Source: an uncultured virus (IMG/VR IMGVR_UViG_3300020395_001275) (taxonomy: Duplodnaviria > Heunggongvirae > Uroviricota > Caudoviricetes). Taken from it: DNA of 64,000 nt. The notes below the pieces were generated by a model, which did not search any database, was not told where the DNA came from, and worked only from the letters and a program-made list of their open reading frames with translations. Position numbers and translations under genes: made by a program. Below, piece by piece: positions 16,496 through 27,587 of the stretch. The stretch is taken from the IMG/VR virus record IMGVR_UViG_3300020395_001275, one strand, 5' to 3'. Numbering within the stretch: position 1 is the stretch's first letter; every line of letters begins with the position of its first letter.

Positions 16496-16504
16496 AGTTC
16501 GTTC

Positions 16505-17395
16505 CTAAGTGTTACTTGTACCGCCACGGATGTCACCGTCGCCCATAATTACCTGTTCATATCTATGGTTGATACCTTGAATACCAGTACCATTACCACC
16601 ACCATTACCACCGCTAGTTGCATTACCACCTGAATTACCGAGGTTTCCACCTCCTCCACCAGACTGTGCACCACAACCACCGTTGCCTCCACCGCCACCA
16701 CCGCCAGTTTCCTGACCGTTTTGGCCACCATCAACACCAGTGCCACCAGGATATCCAGCACCACCGCCACCTCCACCACCATTTTGGTTGGAGAATTGTT
16801 GATCAACACCAGAGCATTGATTGCCCTTCATGCATCCATACTGATATGTATTCTGGTAGACGCATTGACCGTTGATGCCACCACCTCCACCTCCACCGCC
16901 ACCAGCGATGACTCCATGATTGTTAATTATGAATGGTGTACCACCAGAGTATACTGCAGTCTGACCACCTGAGCCATTTTGTCCACCTCTGTTACCACCA
17001 TTACCACCACGTCCTTTGATGCTACCATAAGTTGCAACACCAAGATATACTTTGGATGCAGAGGAGAAACTTCCTAAGTTAACTCTCTGTCTCTTTGCAT
17101 TTATCTGTACACATCCCTTAATTAGATTACCACCATAACCTAGTCCTGAGATATAACTTGCTAAGTTAAACTCACTAGAATCATTACCTGACTGTGTATA
17201 ATTGAATAAGAAGTGTTCACCATCATGGACTGTACGCCATGATCCACCTGACTTGACATATACTGCCTTAGTATCACGCCATGCACCTGAGTGTTTTACT
17301 TGAATATCTTCTGCTATTTGCCATGTACCATCTTTCTTGACATGAGTATGTCCGTCAAGGTAAGATGCTATCGTGCTATTGTATGGGACTGCCAT
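16505..17395 (-). CDS. glycine-rich tail-fibre tip adhesin (gp38-like)
   Basis: Three VK..G.W repeats, then GRGGNGG / IAGGGGGGG poly-Gly loops; follows fibre ending GDIWYKY. Confidence 0.8.
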   Translation of the reverse strand: MAVPYNSTIASYLDGHTHVKKDGTWQIAEDIQVKHSGAWRDTKAVYVKSGGSWRTVHDGEHFLFNYTQSGNDSSEFNLASYISGLGYGGNLIKGCVQINAKRQRVNLGSFSSASKVYLGVATYGSIKGRGGNGGNRGGQNGSGGQTAVYSGGTPFIINNHGVIAGGGGGGGGGINGQCVYQNTYQYGCMKGNQCSGVDQQFSNQNGGGGGGGAGYPGGTGVDGGQNGQETGGGGGGGNGGCGAQSGGGGGNLGNSGGNATSGGNGGGNGTGIQGINHRYEQVIMGDGDIRGGTSNT

Positions 17396-17411
17396 AATCT
17401 ATGATATCTCC

Positions 17412-20400
17412 TTAATACTTATACCAGATGTCTCCATCGGATCCACCGCTAGGATTGTTTGTGGATACTGTCCTTGCACCATATGCGTTCTGGTTTGCAT
17501 TACCAAACGATGATCCAGTTATGGTAGAAGCAGTTATATTTAAACCACTCAAAGTATTGGTGCTAGGATTATACACTAGATGAGTGCTATCAGTGTCAAC
17601 TCTTTGCGTGCTTATACCCGATGGTGAATTATAGGTTGTAAATGTTACTTGATACCCAGTATTATTATTTACTTGTGTATGGAGAAGAGTGCTTGCACTA
17701 TCAGCGTTACCAGATGTATTCTGGTTACCTGCAGTGTTAACGCCAGGTAGGTCTATGTTAGCACCACCATTGAACGATACACCACCAATATTTCTTGCAG
17801 TCTGTAATAGACTTGCGGTTGCAGCATTACCAGTACAACTTCCAGATGAACCAGATACATTACCAGTAACGTTACCTGTAATGTTAGCAGTTACATTACT
17901 GATACCAACGATTGCATCAGCATATACTGTTCCCCATTTCTGTGCTGTTGATCCAAGATTATGAATACCAGTAGTATTTGGAAGTATGTTACTATTAACA
18001 TCAGCATTAAAGGTGACGTTATCAGCTGCAGCATCACCAAGAGTTACACTACCACCTACTGTTAAACTACCATCAATGTCTGCACTACCACCTATGTTGA
18101 GGTTCTCGGCAATACCGACACCACCATCAACTTTCAATGCACCAGTAGTATTAGATGTTGATCCTTGTGTTGAGTTGATATCAACAGTTCCAGTTATATC
18201 TACCTCACCACCAAGTGTAGTATTACCACTGTTTACATTTAATGTACCAGTTGACTGTATATCCAGTCCTAATCCATTTTTGAGTTGTAAATCACCATTA
18301 GCATCAGTTCCACCACTACCACCAGATATGTTTAAGTTACCTGTGTCACTAAGACCCATCTTAACCCAAGCATTCTGTGATGTTGACCATACCCAACCTA
18401 GATATGATCCACGAGTGACGTTATTTAATAGTGCATAGTCACCATTATTAGCAGCAGTACCAGCACCAGGTAATGCTGTTACAACATCAAATTTCTTAGT
18501 ACCCTCATTATCTGCTGCATCTCCAGTAATTGTGAAGTCCTCAGCATATAGTGACTTAGATACGTTTACATCTTGGTTAACTGATAAGAAACCTTTGAAT
18601 ACTGACTCTAGGTTAGCATCATCAACTGTAATCTTATCCCTAACGATGATCTCATCAAATACAGGACGTAAGTTTGCAGTCTCACCAACGATTGATAGTG
18701 ATGGTGTATCAAGTGATGCTTCCTCACCAGTAACAGCAGAAATTCTTGTATTTCCTATAAATAGGTCACCATTACTGTTTAAACCAGAGTAGAATGCAAT
18801 ACCTCCGTTCTCTTTCTGAGACTGTGCAAGCAATGTTTCCTCATCAGTTAGAACTCTATTCTGTACTGAAGGTAAACCAGTTGAGTAGTTTCCTGGTCCA
18901 AAACCAACATATTCAAACGTATGGTTACCAGATCTTAGGATTGACGGACGACGTAGTTCTGTTTGTGTACCACCTGTGCTATTAACAGGTATCATCCTCT
19001 TGTTCTTATCTACTTCACTGGTCTCACCATCACGTGCTTCAAGTGTAATGAAGTTAGCAACAGAACTGTCCGCAGTAGATGAGTTTACATAAGCATTTCT
19101 ATTCTCAATAATATAGTCAGCTATAACCTCTTTGGTTATTGATAGTGACTTGTCTTCAACTGAACCATCAGTAGTAGTAACTAAACCAACAATAGTATTA
19201 GATGCAATAGATGTTGCTTCACCTGGATCTTCTGTTGGATTATCCTTATCTAATACAGGATATAAGTTATTAATATTCTGAGAGAATGAGAATGTATTGA
19301 CATTACCATTGGTAGGTGAAACACTACCCTTGATAACAGTCATATAATAGATACCATTTTGGACTGACTTAATCAGTTCCTGTTCAGTTTTAATATCGTA
19401 GATATAATATACATCCCCGTATGACTGTCCCGTAGGTACGTTCCTTGGTTGGATAACGTAACCATTGATAGGTTCTCTTGATAGAGCTGAAGGTGAACTG
19501 TCTACTTCATATCTGGCTCTATATGTCCTATCTCTTGATGATCTATTATCAGGAATACGTTGCATATATGATGCACCAGTGAATAGTGCGTTAGCATAGA
19601 ATGCATCGCTACCCAAATGATAATGGATACCTTTATAACCAGTAGATGATACTGAAGAAGCACCAGATGTAGCAGCAGTACATCTCACATACCATGTGTT
19701 TAACTGACTGTCAAACTGAAGTGGATGTGCTGGATCGCCAGGTGTGAACTGTTGTGTGGTGATGTCAGTAAACTTTGCATCAGTTGGTGATGTACTACCA
19801 TCAGGTGAAATCAAGGCTGCGAAGGTGACTGTAGCAGATGCTTCAATCAATGATACGTACAATACATCTTGCTTACGTGCACCAATATTGAAACCCTGTA
19901 GCTTGTATGGTGGTTTAGTTGCCTGTGAATTATATCCATAGAGATATAATCTAGTGTCAACAGGTCCGATGTATGACCATACTATTGAACCATCAGATGC
20001 AGTACCAGATGTATGTGTTGGTGCTATAGTACCAGATGTAACTGTACCTGAAGCAGCTTCTAATTGTGCTGAGTAGTATGCGTTGCCATTATATACGCAG
20101 CTGTGTTGGATAGTGGCGTTGAATCCTGAGCTTGCAGTCCATGTCTGGTTACCTCCAGCAGCGTTATATTGTATTTTTTGTACATCACATGCGACATATC
20201 CAACAGGTATTTCATTAATAGAACTCTTGAATCCATCTTCAGCAGCAACTGTACTACCTCTATATCCTCTGTTAAGAGTTAAAACACCAGTACCACTGTT
20301 GACTGCATCAACTTTATATGCTTCAACGTTGTCAATAGTATCAAACCTAATGTAACTACCAGCCTCTATTCCATGGCTGTTGTTGGCTGGGGAGCTGGTT

Positions 20401-22040
20401 ACAGTTTTATTGTCTTGTGTAACACCAAATGTATATCCATTAACACTTGTGTACGTACGTGCTAGCTTTTGTGGCGGTATAATGTGAGTAATTGTCCCAG
20501 CCTTGTCCTGGGTGAATGGAGCTGATTTGAATCCTTTTGCTCTTAATGCACAGGAACCGAAATTACTGTTAGAGTTCGTAATGGACTGGTCACCACCACT
20601 AAGAGCGACGAAATGGTCAGCGAAACCAACAGCGAATACAGAAACAGCTTGGATAACTGCGTCATTGGAACATTTAACATGGAAATTTCGATATGCAGTT
20701 TTGTATATACTATCCCCATCAGTGTGTGAACCAGCAATATATGATGAACCATCCCACTTAATGAATGCGTTATCATCTTTCTGTAGTGATACACCAGTAA
20801 ACTGGGCAACAACCATGGATTTGAATCCAGTAGACTTAGATCCATCAGCGTGCATACCTTGCATACCCCATGTACTACGGAGTGAGCAGTTGAATATGTA
20901 TGGTGATGAACTATCAACGTTATCAACTTCTACTTCAACAGTGGATCCAGTTGCAGTTGGGTTACCAGATGGTGCTCCTGTGGTAGGATCTTTAATAATA
21001 TATCTGAATGTTGTGGTAGTTGGTATCTCACTGATATAATATGATCCATTAAATCTGGATGCATCAGTACCAGTCACACCACTGACAAGAACGGGAGTAT
21101 TAACAGAGAACCCGTGAGGTGTTGTGGTTGTTACCTCAGCAGTTGTTGTGAATACGTTTGTGTTAACATAGTCAGTAACGATACTTGATATCTGTTTAGG
21201 ACCTGAAGTATTAGGACCCACAATTCTATTTTCTTCTACCCTTGACTGTAATTCATCAGCAGTCAATACACTGGTAGAGTCAGGAATATCAGAGAATGCC
21301 TTAGCAACCTTTTGATAATATAAGTCTAAATCTGTGACTGATAGAGCAGCAGATGAAGTATCATTTACACCAGACTGAATGTTTGTACCATCAGCATACT
21401 CAAAACATGTTAGTTTATGGTGAGAATATGTTGGAGGTGATGATGCACTTGGTTGTGCAGGGTCTTTGTATACACCTGTGCTAGGACCATCAAAGAATGA
21501 GAACTGCCAGAAATAACATCCACCAGTTACACGGAAGATAGCACTGCCTTCAATAGCACCAGCAGATGGATCAGGAACATATAATGGTCTTAACTTAGTC
21601 TTTCTTAGATCCATACCCACGATGGATGTACCTCTAGGTACTACGACTCCACCTTCTACTGAGTTAAATCTGTATAAAATATTGTTTGGATTAGGATTAC
21701 CACTGCCATCAATGAGATCCATGTCGCTAGCTGACGATAGCTCAGAGATATCACCAGACACATATGCCTGTCCAGATGCATTTTTACCTGGTCTGTTGTC
21801 AATAAAGTAGTCACCAGGATATAATACAATACTAAATGACTCGAATGCATCATTATACTGTCCGCTACGATATGAGAAACGTGCAGCTTCTAGTAACGCC
21901 CTTTGTATACTCTTGAAAGGACGGTTAGGAGAGTTACCTCTATTATCAAAACTGTCTGATGCATCAAAATCATCAGAGTTGACATATAGGCAACGTCCTG
22001 TTTTTGATGTAAAGACGTTCTTTAGTCTTGTTAGTGCCAT
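17412..22040 (-). CDS. long tail fibre / large virion structural protein (1542 aa)
   Basis: MALTRLKN start, PFKSIQRAL motif, GAL.V.GGVGI repeat, TARNIGGV, C-terminal GDIWYKY. Confidence 0.9.
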   Translation of the reverse strand: MALTRLKNVFTSKTGRCLYVNSDDFDASDSFDNRGNSPNRPFKSIQRALLEAARFSYRSGQYNDAFESFSIVLYPGDYFIDNRPGKNASGQAYVSGDISELSSASDMDLIDGSGNPNPNNILYRFNSVEGGVVVPRGTSIVGMDLRKTKLRPLYVPDPSAGAIEGSAIFRVTGGCYFWQFSFFDGPSTGVYKDPAQPSASSPPTYSHHKLTCFEYADGTNIQSGVNDTSSAALSVTDLDLYYQKVAKAFSDIPDSTSVLTADELQSRVEENRIVGPNTSGPKQISSIVTDYVNTNVFTTTAEVTTTTPHGFSVNTPVLVSGVTGTDASRFNGSYYISEIPTTTTFRYIIKDPTTGAPSGNPTATGSTVEVEVDNVDSSSPYIFNCSLRSTWGMQGMHADGSKSTGFKSMVVAQFTGVSLQKDDNAFIKWDGSSYIAGSHTDGDSIYKTAYRNFHVKCSNDAVIQAVSVFAVGFADHFVALSGGDQSITNSNSNFGSCALRAKGFKSAPFTQDKAGTITHIIPPQKLARTYTSVNGYTFGVTQDNKTVTSSPANNSHGIEAGSYIRFDTIDNVEAYKVDAVNSGTGVLTLNRGYRGSTVAAEDGFKSSINEIPVGYVACDVQKIQYNAAGGNQTWTASSGFNATIQHSCVYNGNAYYSAQLEAASGTVTSGTIAPTHTSGTASDGSIVWSYIGPVDTRLYLYGYNSQATKPPYKLQGFNIGARKQDVLYVSLIEASATVTFAALISPDGSTSPTDAKFTDITTQQFTPGDPAHPLQFDSQLNTWYVRCTAATSGASSVSSTGYKGIHYHLGSDAFYANALFTGASYMQRIPDNRSSRDRTYRARYEVDSSPSALSREPINGYVIQPRNVPTGQSYGDVYYIYDIKTEQELIKSVQNGIYYMTVIKGSVSPTNGNVNTFSFSQNINNLYPVLDKDNPTEDPGEATSIASNTIVGLVTTTDGSVEDKSLSITKEVIADYIIENRNAYVNSSTADSSVANFITLEARDGETSEVDKNKRMIPVNSTGGTQTELRRPSILRSGNHTFEYVGFGPGNYSTGLPSVQNRVLTDEETLLAQSQKENGGIAFYSGLNSNGDLFIGNTRISAVTGEEASLDTPSLSIVGETANLRPVFDEIIVRDKITVDDANLESVFKGFLSVNQDVNVSKSLYAEDFTITGDAADNEGTKKFDVVTALPGAGTAANNGDYALLNNVTRGSYLGWVWSTSQNAWVKMGLSDTGNLNISGGSGGTDANGDLQLKNGLGLDIQSTGTLNVNSGNTTLGGEVDITGTVDINSTQGSTSNTTGALKVDGGVGIAENLNIGGSADIDGSLTVGGSVTLGDAAADNVTFNADVNSNILPNTTGIHNLGSTAQKWGTVYADAIVGISNVTANITGNVTGNVSGSSGSCTGNAATASLLQTARNIGGVSFNGGANIDLPGVNTAGNQNTSGNADSASTLLHTQVNNNTGYQVTFTTYNSPSGISTQRVDTDSTHLVYNPSTNTLSGLNITASTITGSSFGNANQNAYGARTVSTNNPSGGSDGDIWYKY

Positions 22041-22052
22041 CTTTTAGAACTC

Positions 22053-23066
22053 TTATGAAGGTGTCTCTGCAGTTTCTTCATACCCTATTAGGGTTGCAGT
22101 CACAGCAGCAGTTGATTTAACATAAATTGACTGATATGATCCTAAGACCAATCCACCCAGTTCAAATATAGAAGCATCAGCGACTTGCTTTTGCTTGACA
22201 AGGTATTGATGTTCCTTTATCATTGATACCCCAGATACTAATAACTCAACACCATTAGCATCAATAAACTCAGTTGCAGGTGTTGTATTTGCAGCTGCAA
22301 TCCTATCGACTGTAGTAGCAACAGGTCTATGTTTATTAGTATGAGATCTAAGTAAGTTATTATTATCTAGAACTCTTACTTCTTGGTTAATATCACGAAA
22401 CATGCCTATACTATAGTCTAGGTTGTTTCTAAATTCATGATTATCAAAGTAAATGATACCTCTCAGTACATCAAAGTACTTAATTCTACCTGAGTTACCT
22501 CTAGTTGTACCAGTTCCTGCATGTGAGGTTCCAATTGAACAAGAAGCACCAGATGTACCACCTGTGAAAGTAGTATCTCCTGTGGTATACTCTAGTGAAG
22601 TAGCAAACTGTAGTCCTCTGAACCACAATTTATTGTTACTTGCGTCCCAATACTGTACAGTTGCAGTCTGTGAACTAGCAGATCCAAGAGAAGGATTTGT
22701 CCAAGTTACTGGTTCGCCAGCTATGAATGTACCACTAACGTTAGCAACATCAGCAACTATTGATGATGTATACTGTCCAGTGGGTAATGCAAATCCTTCA
22801 TAGTTTTGTGGTGCACTTGGTTGGTTACTTGGTGTATCTAATTGTATTGCATCTGTCTGTTCAATTATACCTATGTCAACGTTAGCATTACCACCAGTAT
22901 TATTTGATATGACTATTTTTGCACTCGTCACCGTCGCACCAGGACAGGTGTAAAATGGAAATTCTTGAGTTGTTATCGCCTGTGCGTTAGCAGCGACGGT
23001 TCCGTTTGTGTATGGTGTTACTGTTGGTGTAAAGGAACCAAGTACACCATTTTGCTTAGTTGCCAT
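22053..23066 (-). CDS. virion structural protein
   Basis: T/A/G-rich; C-terminal GLVL...QSIYV....GYEE typical of cyanophage fibre accessories. Confidence 0.75.
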   Translation of the reverse strand: MATKQNGVLGSFTPTVTPYTNGTVAANAQAITTQEFPFYTCPGATVTSAKIVISNNTGGNANVDIGIIEQTDAIQLDTPSNQPSAPQNYEGFALPTGQYTSSIVADVANVSGTFIAGEPVTWTNPSLGSASSQTATVQYWDASNNKLWFRGLQFATSLEYTTGDTTFTGGTSGASCSIGTSHAGTGTTRGNSGRIKYFDVLRGIIYFDNHEFRNNLDYSIGMFRDINQEVRVLDNNNLLRSHTNKHRPVATTVDRIAAANTTPATEFIDANGVELLVSGVSMIKEHQYLVKQKQVADASIFELGGLVLGSYQSIYVKSTAAVTATLIGYEETAETPS

Positions 23067-23068
23067 GG

Positions 23069-24649
23069 TTAATTAAATGAATGGAAGTAAATTTTACCTC
23101 TGGAAGTACCCCCAGATGTATTTGCGTTTAATGTAGCAATGGATCCAGTTTGAGGATCAATAAGAACAATCTCTCTTGCAGTTATATTACCACCTGTATT
23201 AGTTGCAGGGTTGGTAGTTGTAACTGTTAGATCACCGTCAATGTTTGAATCACCAGATACATCTAACTTTTTGGTTGGAGACTTGGCAATACCGAGATTA
23301 CCATTGGTATCCAATACCATTTGGTCTGTTCCTGTGTTGTCAGTAAAGTGTAAACCAATACCAACAACACCTTTCTGTAAGATAAACTTACCTGCAGATG
23401 CACTACCTGCGATAATCGTAGACCCTGTAGCATATATAGTTCCCTCGACTTCGAGGTTATATGTGCCTGGTGGTCTACCAATACCACATTTAACACTTGC
23501 TTGTGTACCTAATTGAAAATCGCCTGTACCGTTGGCTGTGATATTACCGCCAAATACTGCATCACCACTAGCAGAAGCCAGAGTAAACTTATTTGTAGCG
23601 ATAGTAATGTCACCGCTACCAGTGATGGATGTGACTGCATCTATTGCTCCTCCTATGTTTATACCTGTTGAAGATGTTGTTAAAACAGTTGAACCTTGGC
23701 GATTTAATTGAACCTCACCATTAGTTGACTTTAGGATTAGATCTGCACCAACTCCTGCAACCTTGAGATTAACGATACTATCGCCATTAGTATCACCAAT
23801 TCCCATTCCACCTACGAATGCATTAGCAAATGACTTAGAGTTTGATCCTAGATCAGTGCCCAAATCAGTAGCGGGTTCAAAACCACTTGTTGCAACGACT
23901 TTATCGTTACATGTAAGAGTACTCGTTACATCAAGAGTCTGCTGGGCGACAACAGTGTTCGAGAATGTTGCAGCTGCACTGAATGTACTAGCAGCATTAA
24001 CTGTTACACTGTCACTTGCACTATCACCTAAGGTTGTACTACCATTGATCTGAATAGTATCAACAGTCAACGTACCAGAGAATGAAGCGTTGTCCAGTGT
24101 TTTATTAGATAACGTCTGTGTGGCGGCTAGAGTAACTAATGTATCTGCTGTGGCAACGGAACCATTTGAAGGTAAGATATAAGTATGCTGTACACCTGTT
24201 GGTATATCTGCTGTACTAAATCTAGCAACTTTCGTATTGTCCGAAGAGTTGGGTATAACAAACAAGGTATCAGTAATTGCTAAAACAGAACCTAGACGTA
24301 TTTGACCAGTACCTTGTGCAGATATGGTAAAGTCTAGGTTCGTATCGGCACTATCCTTTGCCTGTATGTTTAATGTCGTACCTACTTTCTGTAAGTTTAA
24401 TCTTGCGTCACCCATTGCAAGACCAATTTGTCCCTGTGTTTCAGAGAAGATGCCTGTCTTTTGTTTAAGCTCAAACTGAACACCTGGCACAGAATATGTA
24501 CCAGAAGGCACTGCACGGAATATACTTCCGACTGCAGATCTCTTATTTTGATCAGTTGGGTCTGAGTTATCAAGGAGAAGTAAAGTATCACTCGATGATA
24601 CGTCACCTGAGTTTAATAATGTAAGATCAGATATTTTACGTGTTGCCAC
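23069..24649 (-). CDS. tail fibre protein
   Basis: ATRKISDL N-terminus, TQTLSNKT, GNLGI...P..KLDV.G repeats; late promoter upstream. Confidence 0.85.
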   Translation of the reverse strand: MATRKISDLTLLNSGDVSSSDTLLLLDNSDPTDQNKRSAVGSIFRAVPSGTYSVPGVQFELKQKTGIFSETQGQIGLAMGDARLNLQKVGTTLNIQAKDSADTNLDFTISAQGTGQIRLGSVLAITDTLFVIPNSSDNTKVARFSTADIPTGVQHTYILPSNGSVATADTLVTLAATQTLSNKTLDNASFSGTLTVDTIQINGSTTLGDSASDSVTVNAASTFSAAATFSNTVVAQQTLDVTSTLTCNDKVVATSGFEPATDLGTDLGSNSKSFANAFVGGMGIGDTNGDSIVNLKVAGVGADLILKSTNGEVQLNRQGSTVLTTSSTGINIGGAIDAVTSITGSGDITIATNKFTLASASGDAVFGGNITANGTGDFQLGTQASVKCGIGRPPGTYNLEVEGTIYATGSTIIAGSASAGKFILQKGVVGIGLHFTDNTGTDQMVLDTNGNLGIAKSPTKKLDVSGDSNIDGDLTVTTTNPATNTGGNITAREIVLIDPQTGSIATLNANTSGGTSRGKIYFHSFN

Positions 24650-24676
24650 ACTTATTCCACAATAAAACGTTCAAGT

Positions 24677-25123
24677 TTATTTATAACTCTTATCAAAGTG
24701 AAAGTAACCTTCACTGCCTTGCCAATACCCTTTATCCCATGTATGATACCTATCCTTGAACAATTTTACTTGACTTTCTAATGGTTTATCTTTCCATGTA
24801 CATCCTACTGAGGAGTGTCCTAGAAAAAACTTCCCTTTTTCAATGTAAGAGAAGATCATATCACATGCAGGATTTTTTACTATTATAATAGAGACATGAG
24901 CACCAAGTACGTGTGGTTGTGTGACTTCTACTACCTGTTCACGATATGGTTTGTCTGGTTGGTAGTTATATCTAGAACTGGTTAGAAACTTATGATCGTC
25001 TATCTTCTCATGCTTAACATATATGTGTGCCCATGACGTAGGATTAGCAGATGCCTGTTTCCAGTTATCAAACTCACCCTCAAACCACTCTTCAAATATG
25101 TCTATTTCCATTTGATCGGGCAT
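24677..25123 (-). CDS. cpeT: CpcT/CpeT-type bilin lyase
   Basis: GEFDNWKQA..NP..WAHI, PYR, CD..F, TWDKG and WQGS.G.F.F motifs. Confidence 0.85.
   Translation of the reverse strand: MPDQMEIDIFEEWFEGEFDNWKQASANPTSWAHIYVKHEKIDDHKFLTSSRYNYQPDKPYREQVVEVTQPHVLGAHVSIIIVKNPACDMIFSYIEKGKFFLGHSSVGCTWKDKPLESQVKLFKDRYHTWDKGYWQGSEGYFHFDKSYK
24678..24685 (-). promoter_or_regulatory. T4-type late promoter
   Basis: TATAAATA just upstream of the fibre cluster. Confidence 0.75.
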
Positions 25124-25788
25124 TTTCCCCCATTAGATAGTCTTTGCTTTATTATATCCCATGATCTGAATGGTGCAAACTCACGTAGTATGTGTGTTTG
25201 TTTATTCATCTTATACCACTCCTCTGGTGGTGCTTTACGTTCGATGATAAAGTCTGGATCACTCTTCTTAGAGTATAGTCTGAAATAATATAGTGGAGTA
25301 CCTGCCTTGAGCATCAAGTTCTGATCCGTATCTAGGATCTTAAGTCCAACTACCAATGGTCGTTGCCAATGTGATATAGGAAACGTTGCAGGTATTAGTT
25401 CAAACCCAACTCGTGACAATAAAGGATGTGGGATCTGTTCCACCCATACATCTTTCTCATTTGTCCATAGCATATAACTCAACTTGAGTTGGATCTCTGG
25501 ATATGTACCTGCCAACCAGTTCTCTCCTACATGGAAGTAAGCATCATATGCTTTTTGTGTAAGATCAGTTCCAAGTTTACCTGACTTAGTATCGCATTTC
25601 ATACCAATATCGAACGGTTGAGTGACTACCCAACAGTTCTCTGTCCATTTCTTCCATGCAGGACATTTGGCATGATCGTATCTGGACGAATATCCTGCCC
25701 GAAATTTTTTTGGGTCTTGTACTATTTCATCGGGGAATTGTACACCAGGATTATCTCCTAATGTATAGTCCCAATAAACTCTCTTCAC
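25102..25788 (-). CDS. conserved cyanophage hypothetical protein
   Basis: CPAW...QPFD...PA.F.IS.W.RP...KAGTPL. Confidence 0.75.
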   Translation of the reverse strand: MKRVYWDYTLGDNPGVQFPDEIVQDPKKFRAGYSSRYDHAKCPAWKKWTENCWVVTQPFDIGMKCDTKSGKLGTDLTQKAYDAYFHVGENWLAGTYPEIQLKLSYMLWTNEKDVWVEQIPHPLLSRVGFELIPATFPISHWQRPLVVGLKILDTDQNLMLKAGTPLYYFRLYSKKSDPDFIIERKAPPEEWYKMNKQTHILREFAPFRSWDIIKQRLSNGGKCPIKWK

Positions 25789-26255
25789 TCTTCCTCTTCT
25801 AGTGCTTGATCCAATGCCTCTGCTATCTTATCATTTGATGGCAAATTAGACAAAGGTTTATTTTTCATGAAAGGACTATCAGGATGTGGAACTTCAGTTT
25901 GCTTACTCTTGTACTTAGAAACGTTAATCTTTTTCCTTTTACCTTTGTTTGCTTTTTGCTTCTTGATTACTTCAATAGCATCACCAACGGTAACGATATT
26001 ACCTGCTTCCTCATCAGGTATTTCAACACCAAAACATTCTTCTAAGAACATGACAAGTTCTACCATGTCCAGACTGTCTAGTTCTAGGTCATCACCCAAT
26101 TTACTATCCCACGTGACCTCTACGTCAAGTGTTCTAGTTTCTCCCATAGTCTCAACGATTGCTAACTTAGCAACCTTAAGCATGGTAACTTTACTGATCC
26201 TCTTGCTGTCCTTAAGGATCTGTTTTATTTCAGAATAAGTTTTGTTATAAGACAT
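25785..26255 (-). CDS. acpP: acyl carrier protein with N- and C-terminal extensions
   Basis: [36 protein letters not shown] with intact DSL serine. Confidence 0.85.
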   Translation of the reverse strand: MSYNKTYSEIKQILKDSKRISKVTMLKVAKLAIVETMGETRTLDVEVTWDSKLGDDLELDSLDMVELVMFLEECFGVEIPDEEAGNIVTVGDAIEVIKKQKANKGKRKKINVSKYKSKQTEVPHPDSPFMKNKPLSNLPSNDKIAEALDQALEEEE

Positions 26256-26443
26256 TAAACATACACCACGTCATTCATTGTACATGTGTCCCGAACGAAG
26301 TCGAGAACTCTTAGGAATTCATCACCGTTATCACAGCTGATACACTTGACAGTTCCTTTATCTGATAGTAGTGTAAACCTTTTCTTAGGAATGTCAACCG
26401 TCACCTTATCAAGGTATTCTTCATCTGGGAAGGGATAGTTCAT
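26255..26443 (-). CDS. conserved cyanophage small protein
   Basis: VD...RF.L.SD.G....I.C....EF..VL pattern. Confidence 0.7.
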   Translation of the reverse strand: MNYPFPDEEYLDKVTVDIPKKRFTLLSDKGTVKCISCDNGDEFLRVLDFVRDTCTMNDVVYV

Positions 26444-26479
26444 AATAAAAGATAATATACTTGTATCTATCCTAGCACA

Positions 26480-26704
26480 CTAACTGAGGTTTGTAAAGTA
26501 TGGGTGGTCACCTGCTCTGCTGGCACGTCTGTTGACCTCACCTGCCTTCTCCATAAGGCTAAGACCTGCAGCACGTGTAGCCTGTAGCGTGTCAATGCAT
26601 TTGCTATTATCTGTGTCTCTTCGTACAATTTCTTCGACGTAATCGTCTAAATGGTCAGCAAGAATACTTTTTAAAAACATTGCTTCTTGCTTAGTTACTG
26701 ACAT
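26480..26704 (-). CDS. hypothetical protein
   Basis: ORF track (start 26704 or 26716). Confidence 0.6.
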   Translation of the reverse strand: MSVTKQEAMFLKSILADHLDDYVEEIVRRDTDNSKCIDTLQATRAAGLSLMEKAGEVNRRASRAGDHPYFTNLS

Positions 26705-26738
26705 ATGAAAAGTCATTTGTGTTTCTGGAAAGCGACAT

Positions 26739-27587
26739 TCAATTCAAATATATTGCGGAAGCATCCATATCTATGTTGCCACCAACATTTACTTTCATGT
26801 TACCACTGGCAACATTTATATCATAACTATTACCTGAAGGAATTGATGCCATTCCATCGAATGAACCACCAGCAATGCAAGATATAGAACCACCGTCTAT
26901 GTTGGTCTTTACCTTACCTCCAACTTGTTGGATTACATTACCATCAGTCTTCTCATACCTGCACTTAAGTGCTTCAGTACGAATATCTCCTTCACTACGG
27001 ACGGAGAATGTTGATGTTTCCTTTTGGATTTTAACTTCATAATTACCTTTAACGTTCTCCTTAATGGAGCCACCTTCGCTCAAATCATTTAGTAGGAAGG
27101 TTGTTTTGTTTTCATAAGAATTAGACTTTAATTTCATCTGATTCTTACTATTAATAAACATATTCTCATCAGCGATGAGACTATAGACACCTTTGCACTC
27201 TTGTTGCCAGTTGCCATTCACCATATCATAGCGGTTGCCTTCAACCTCAGTATGCATGTCACCTTCGACATACAAATTAACGTCACCTATGACCTGTAAC
27301 ACTAATTTATCTGTTTTAGGATCTTCACCACATCGAATTACAACATTATGGTCAGCTAAAACGATAATATCATTGTATGAAACGATGTTTGTGTTCTTTT
27401 TCTCATCCATATCAAAGAAGTTACCCTTGCAATGAATAAGACGGAACCTTTCTCCTTCTTTAGTGTTATTTCTTTCCAGTACATGACCTGCAGAACTGGT
27501 TTCTACCCAGTTTCTAGGGTACCGAATTTTTATTTGTGGTAGCAGATTATTTAAAATCGAACCACCTGAGAATAAATTAACTGCCAT
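26739..27587 (-). CDS. gp5: gp5 C-terminal-like beta-helix baseplate spike part
   Basis: YP.N.V.T..GHV.E..NT..GER and V.G. repeats; ends IYLN. Confidence 0.75.
   Translation of the reverse strand: MAVNLFSGGSILNNLLPQIKIRYPRNWVETSSAGHVLERNNTKEGERFRLIHCKGNFFDMDEKKNTNIVSYNDIIVLADHNVVIRCGEDPKTDKLVLQVIGDVNLYVEGDMHTEVEGNRYDMVNGNWQQECKGVYSLIADENMFINSKNQMKLKSNSYENKTTFLLNDLSEGGSIKENVKGNYEVKIQKETSTFSVRSEGDIRTEALKCRYEKTDGNVIQQVGGKVKTNIDGGSISCIAGGSFDGMASIPSGNSYDINVASGNMKVNVGGNIDMDASAIYLN

Noticed and set aside
16520..17010. CCACC-rich repeats as a tandem repeat or DGR target
   Set aside because: Explained by poly-glycine codons of the adhesin; no reverse transcriptase or template repeat seen.
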